From Lepidodermella squamata (Eukaryota; Animalia; Gastrotricha): 64,000 bases of DNA. The DNA lies in the NCBI GenBank assembly GCA_047495785.1, contig JBLDXI010000023.1:930001-994000 (forward strand), read 5' to 3'. The translations under genes and the position numbers were made by a program. Below are positions 58,299-64,000 of the stretch, in pieces; within the stretch, counting starts at the first letter, position 1; each line of letters opens with the position of its first letter. The notes under the pieces were generated by a model that had not been told where the DNA came from, ran no database searches, and worked only from the letters and a program-made list of their open reading frames with translations.

Positions 58299-58518
58299 GT
58301 TATCATTTTGCTATGATCGCCTCGACAATTGTTGCGGGTAAAATAAACAAATAAATATTAACAATAATAATAATAGTAATTAATTATTTATTATATAACC
58401 CATGGGCATCGGTGAATTATTCGAGTCATTTCAAGAATAATGACCTAGGGCCAAGGGTTTTTTTACTTAGACCACCGATGCCGCCAGACAGGGCTGACAG
58501 GTGCGCAATAAGGATTCA

Positions 58519-59464
58519 AAATCCCACCTAGAAACGTCCAGGGTAAAAATTCAAAAATTCCGCCTTTTCCCCCATTTTCTTCACTCAAGTTTAATAAAAT
58601 AGATATTTATGTATTTGAATAATTCAAATACAAACAATTTAATAATTTAATAATTTAACGGTTCAACAAATAACCGTTGAAAAAACAATAGGTCAGGAAA
58701 ATCGACTTTTTTGCCCCTCCGGCGCCTTAGTACCTCCTTAGGGGAGATCTTGAGTCATCTTATTCATCTTTCTGGATCTCTAACCGAAACTCCTGGAAGC
58801 TTCTAATATTGATTTTTGTACTCTACGCACTTGATTTAGTAAAGGAAAGATCTTTTTGAGAGATCATATGTATTCTGTTGGTCTCAGAAGATCTTCTTCC
58901 TTCATCCCAAGACAGGCTATCCTTAGTCACCACGCTAACTTGCCCTGCAAGCTTCTTAAATGACTTTGGGTTGATATGATCTCTCAAAAAGATCTTTCCT
59001 TTACTAAATCAAGTGCGTAGAGTACAAACATCAATATTAGAAGCTTCCAGGAGTTTCGGTTAGAGATCCAGAAAGATGAATAAGATGACTCGAGATCTCC
59101 CCTAAGGAGGTACTAAGGCGCCGGAGGGGCAAAAAAGTCGATTTTCCTGACCTATTGTTTTTTCAACGGTTCTTAGGTAATTCGACTATGCTGAGTTCAG
59201 CGCAATTTACAGAATCGATTTATCCATCATGGTTTTTGCTCTGCAACATAGGGAAGGTCAGGCGACGCGGCGACCGGACTTGACGAAAATTCAAAATTCC
59301 CCCCGTAAATGCATCGCAATGGAAAATATTTTAGAAATTATTAAATTGTTTGTATTTGAATTATTCAAATACATAAATATCTATTTTATTAAACTTGAGT
59401 GAAGAAAATGGGGGAAAAGGCGGAATTTTTGAATTTTTACCCTGGACGTTTCTAGGTGGGATTT
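58519..59464. mobile_element. Foldback-type long inverted-repeat element (~945 bp)
   Basis: Outer arms 58519-58648 / 59335-59464 and inner arms 58672-58869 / 58974-59171 are near-perfect reverse complements around a ~104-bp spacer; diverged half-copy at ~63424-63672. Confidence 0.85.
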
Positions 59465-59535
59465 ACAAATGTGCTGCATGATAATCCACTCAGATAACAC
59501 ATCATCGTTGGTTTAGGAATAAATAGAGAAATAAA

Positions 59536-61056
59536 TTATAATATCTCAATGTAACCCACCGAGATAAGCGATTCATTCCGCACAGCTTGTACGGCTGATC
59601 GCGTAGTAACTCTGGTCTTCATTGCAACGGTTGATCTTGCCTTGAAAATAGCTCCAACAATCGGCTGCAGACCATCATTAATTGCCTCGTCGTTAGGGGT
59701 TAAAGGCCAAATTTTAGCGGAATTTCTTGCTGCTGATGTCGTCGAAAAAGTGGAAGAACCCGTTGTTGTCGAAGTTACTGGACTGGTCGATGATCTCGTG
59801 ACTAACTCACTGGCCAAGGCAGCCCCTCGTCTTCTCAAATTGCCGAAACTGAATACGCTTCCCATCATTTTCGCGATGTCCAAGGCAGTTTGGCCCCTGT
59901 CATTTGTTGCATTTACATCAGCGCCAAGATCTAGCAAGGCCACAAGAGTGTGCTCCCTATCTCTATCTTGTGCTGCAGACATGAGAGCGGTATAGCCCGC
60001 ATCTTTAGCCCTAACGTTGATATCGTAGCCTTTACTGGCTAAGTACTGCATAATTTCAACAAGAGCCCAGTCGCTCACCTGCCAGCCATTTCGCCATTGA
60101 AGGCGATAGTCGCAGGCTGCAGCTTTCGACCTTGAATTAACGTCATTCTGTCCGATTTCAATGGCAAACTTGATAAACGTTAAAAGGCCCGACCCAGGAC
60201 GATTAATTTGACAAGCTTGAAGCAGCATATTATCACTTTGGTTATTTCGAGCCTGCGCATCCGCTCCTTGGTCGATCAAATATTGGAGTAGACCGATGGA
60301 ATACCCAGTCCTAGCCGCGATCAGCAAAGGCGTGTTGTCTTCCTTGTCTCTCGCATTAACATCCATTTTGAACTGTTCGACCAGTAATTTAGCAAAAGGC
60401 ACGGGATCAATAGTGTCAACCGCGCAAAGTAAGTGAAGGGCCGTTTGTCCGGCGGAGTTTCTGGAATCCGGCGATTCAAGTGGTAACAAGTAGTAAGCTA
60501 GTCGGAGATGTTCTTGAGTGATTGGGCCGTCAAAGGCAACCATCAACGCCGACTGGTTCTTCTGGTCTCGAACATCCGTCCTTGCTCCGTACTTTTCCAC
60601 GAGAAGTCTCGCTAGGTCCAGCCGGCCAACTCTTGCTGCCCAGAGAAATGAAGTTTTTGAATCAGCCCTAGCATCGATCACCTCCACGAAATCTTGACCG
60701 CTTCGCTGTTTGTTGAAGCCATAATTCCTCGCCTCAACATTTGCACCATTTTGCAGTAGTAATTCGACCATTTCGTAGCTCTGATTTGTTCGAATTGCAT
60801 TCACGATAGCCGGGGCTCGGTTTCCTGGTCGGTAAATTGCCGTTGAACTTGCATTAGCAAGGCCCGAATTTAACATTTGCTGAACGGTAGAAATTTGGCC
60901 TGACATAACAGCTTGGCTCAAGGCCTAAATGAACAACTTAAAACCTGAAGATGCCAAGCACGTGAAAGGTCGTACGCTGTCGTAATCGATCGCCCTTGCG
61001 TGAATGATTGTACTCAAGAAACATAATTCAAACAAAATTACGTAGATGGATATCAT
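59536..61056 (-). CDS. Signal-peptide-bearing ankyrin-repeat protein type A (2 exons, ~489 aa)
   Basis: Exon 61056-60976 MISIYVILFELCFLSTIIHARAIDYDS, 51-nt GT-AG intron, exon 60924-59536 with ANK repeats and a Ser/Thr-rich segment. Confidence 0.87.
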
Positions 61057-61287
61057 TTGACTTCAAAATTGAGATTCTAAAGAGAAATTATAAATAATGC
61101 TCAAATAACGAGACGTGAACATTATTTCAGCTAATATTGAACAATACTGACACGATTTTACTTCAGCATTCCCATGCGTGGTCAGCCAGATGAGCCTCGA
61201 GGTTTTTTCACTTGAGAGAATAAGTTTTTCTAATGAATCACTACTAAATTGTGTTCACGCTTCGTGTTTTTATGGTCACCCAGTTAT

Positions 61288-61445
61288 GCAGTGTAGCCAG
61301 TACGCGTAACCCCAGCCAGCGTTTCCGACGTCGAACACATTGTAGTTGTTGCTAGTGTTGCTCTAGAAACCAGCTTTGTAGCGAGGCGCAGGTAAACAGC
61401 CGGTGGGACCGTGACTATTCCGCCATTTAAGTCGAAAGGTGAAGC
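61288..61445 (-). pseudogene. Remnant of a fourth aspartic protease copy (last-exon fragments)
   Basis: Minus strand reads FDLNGGIVTVPPAVYL and NYNVFDVGNAGWGYA, matching FEINGGRVTVPPAVYL and YYNVFDVGNARWGFA. Confidence 0.8.
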
Positions 61446-63028
61446 TGGAAAGAGAGGCGAGAGCGAAGACGGCTAGGGTTCATCCGTTCTAGTTCCATCG
61501 ATCCGCAAGGTGAAGACGAAGACCAAAGGGGACCCTTATGTTGTTTTTCCATACGTGGCACTATTGTATGCATGTGTATTTATCGGTAAATGGTAATCAT
61601 TGATATTAAAATCTTTAGCATGTTGTAAATGATTTGAAATGTCCAAAACTAGATGAAACGAATGATTTTCAGCTATTATTAAGTTATAAAAACACGATTC
61701 TACTACGGCATTGCCGAGCGTGGTCATCCAGGTTTGCCAAAGTGGTTTTTTCCCATCTGAGGAATTATGTTTTTCTTCTGCTCAATAACGTGACGCTATT
61801 GTATGTTCAAGTCAGCGTCGTGTATACATGGTCACCCAGTGTGGCATAGTGGCCACTGTTTACAGAGGCAAAGGATTTTCTGAATTCTGACAAAATCTCC
61901 CATCATTTCGAAATCTGGTTTTATCGTCCGAAGAAGGTGCTTCTTTGCCGATAATCATAGACATAATTTAGGACTGCTTACCCACGAGAAAAAGGGTGCT
62001 CTAAATTCTGAAGTCTAACATTTATTGTTCATTGATATCATATGAATAGGGGAGACGAAATATGAGAAAGTGCTACGCCATTGACGTCAGATGGTCAGCT
62101 GATTCATCAGCTCTTGGAGGAAATCTCAGTTAGCGCAGAGGCTATTATATTTTATTTTAATTTCCGGACGTGCCACAAGCACAAAAAAAAACCAGGCATC
62201 CAAATATATCGTCGAGAGCTCATTTCCTTGAGGTCTTATAGGCACTTGAACAGTTTGAAGGCTTTGAAGTTTGAGTTCGCTATTTCAGAAACAAAGCCAC
62301 CTTTTTGCTGGATCATTGCGAGGAAGTCGTGCAACCGCTTCATCTTCACCTCGCCATTGACTTCCAACAGCTTCGAATTCGCAAAATCTCAAAAATCAGT
62401 TGGCTGGGCATAGTTGAACGCTTTATGAAAGGCTGGTGGGGTTGATTGCAATGCTTCTTCATCTACAGTATGCCGAACAGTAAGCTCCTCGTCATGTCAA
62501 AACAAGCGCCATGCGTGGAAGAGCGTGGGTCGCAGTCGATAACAGGACCTGAAATTAAATTCGGTCAACACTGCCCGACTGAAGCAATAACACACGCATA
62601 ATAATACTTTGAGTGAGCTAAACATAGCTAGAAAAGGTTAAAATGAATGCAAAAAGTAGCAAAGCTATTTTTAGATGAGTATTATTACGCGAACGCTCTG
62701 TACTCTGTACTATCAGTCTCCCTCGCTTGCCCGAATCGTCGTTGCGACAGAAATTTGGCACTTGACGTGTCACGTCACGGTTAGCCATGCTGGTGAGGAG
62801 GATGGCGATACGGAAGTGAAACCAGGCTGGCAGTCATCGCCAATAAGGACAAGTAATCCTGTTTCATTCGATCAGATACTACAGCGTAAAAGTGAAGGTT
62901 CTTGTTAACGTAAATCACGCAAGTGAAGATCGTGACCATAAAAAGCTAGCTTTGGATAATTTATTCAATAAGCATTTAGGGATTTACCAATTCTTTGTTC
63001 AAATTTTCCGATTGTATTTGGTCTTGTA

Positions 63029-63270
63029 CATGACCTGGCGGTTCTTTTGACACCGAATTCGGGGCCACAAGGTCTGAGCAGGTCATTGAAAATGACAGTG
63101 AAATAACGTCGATTTTTTTGGATTAGGTATAGCCAAAAATCAGACCCGAGAATTGGACCTAATTATTAGACCCAGATTATGGCGTAATAATCGCAATTTC
63201 ACTGTTTTTTCTGTGCTTTCCTGGAAGTCTTTTGCCTAAAATTCGGTGTCAAAAGAACCGTCGAGTCATG
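63029..63270. repeat. Inverted-repeat pair (MITE-like)
   Basis: catgacctggcggttcttttgacaccgaatt / aattcggtgtcaaaagaaccgtcgagtcatg. Confidence 0.6.
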
Positions 63271-63423
63271 GCCTACACTTTGCCGCCAGGCATTTTTCTC
63301 TACGACGCATCGTTTACCCGAAATACAAATTTCGGACAGACCCAGGATTTGGACCCGAATATCGGATCTCGCGGTCTATTTTGGCAGTTAAAGTGTTAAT
63401 ACATCGAGTGCGGAGAAATTGAA

Positions 63424-63672
63424 AATCAATATTAGAAGTTTCTAGCGATTACGGTTAGAGATCGAGACAGTTCACCAAGATGAAACAATATCTCCCCTAA
63501 GGGGTACTAAGGCGCCGGAGGGGCAAAAGTCAGTTTTTCTGACTTTTATTGGTTTTTCAACGGTTTCTATTAAATTCGACCACGTTGAGTTCAGCGCAAT
63601 TTACAGAGTCGCTCTAGCTTTCATAGCTTCTTGTCTACAATATAGGGAACGCTAGGATGACGCCGCTATGAC
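63424..63672. repeat. Diverged copy of one arm of the foldback element
   Basis: Shares atcaatattagaag..ggttagagatc..tctcccctaagg.ggtactaaggcgccggaggggcaaaa..tgagttcagcgcaatttacaga with 59030-59280. Confidence 0.75.
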
Positions 63673-63774
63673 AACCATTTTAAAAAACAAGATTTCGGCT
63701 CTCACATCGCGAGCCTCTCTGAATGTCGCATTTTGTTAAATTCACCTTGTAATAACTCGGAAGGAGCTTGCCGG

Positions 63775-63945
63775 CGACTCGTCCGATCATATCCTGGGGG
63801 TTTAGCCGCTCAGAAAATCGTAAAACTACAGTTATCACGCCCGTCTGCATGGGTGGGGTTATTCTTCGCTTCACGAAAGCCGTGAAAACTGTTACTGCCT
63901 GAGTTTCTGAGCGGCTAAACCCCCAGGATATGATCGGACGAGTCG
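63775..63945. mobile_element. Small MITE with ~42-bp perfect TIR
   Basis: CGACTCGTCCGATCATATCCTGGGGGTTTAGCCGCTCAGAAA and its exact reverse complement bound a 171-bp unit. Confidence 0.75.
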
Positions 63946-64000
63946 GGACAGACTGGGATAGACTGCATTAGCCCATTTTAGAGTGAAAATGTTCAACCGA

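Noticed and set aside
62230-62550. Possible minus-strand exon of an unknown gene
   Set aside because: Coding-like composition and an acceptor near 62549, but in-frame stops and no recognisable family.
1-64000. Prokaryotic origin (GLIC/ELIC-like channels, operons, CRISPR)
   Set aside because: Consistent spliceosomal introns, Cys-loop disulfides, class C GPCRs and eukaryotic TIR transposons; no repeat-spacer array with constant repeat and spacer lengths.

Overview
Eukaryotic genomic DNA, most likely from an invertebrate metazoan (short GT-AG introns, mostly about 47-61 nt; many DNA-transposon derivatives). The species cannot be fixed from sequence alone. The first 39 kb is a tandem array of highly divergent Cys-loop (pentameric ligand-gated ion channel, pLGIC) subunit genes: 14 intact-looking genes in four subfamilies, 13 with uninterrupted CDS and one with a single intron, plus two pseudogenes. 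All have a signal peptide, a C-x13-C loop and four TM helices. They lack the aromatic agonist box and loop-C vicinal cysteines, have almost no intracellular M3-M4 domain, carry a hybrid (P)DR selectivity filter and share an extra N-terminal Cys pair. Ten have Arg at the loop-A Tyr position and nine of these also at the loop-B Trp position. The array reads as a lineage-specific ionotropic chemoreceptor expansion, possibly for anionic ligands. Interleaved or adjacent are: a spliced single-sushi type-I membrane protein missed by the ORF track; ankyrin-repeat genes in two inverted A/B pairs, at least one with a clear signal peptide; three pepsin-family proteases apparently lacking a prosegment, plus a remnant; two divergent GABA-B-like class C GPCRs, plus a remnant; and piggyBac, MULE, hAT, foldback and MITE insertions. 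All alignments were done by eye and all functional statements are inference.
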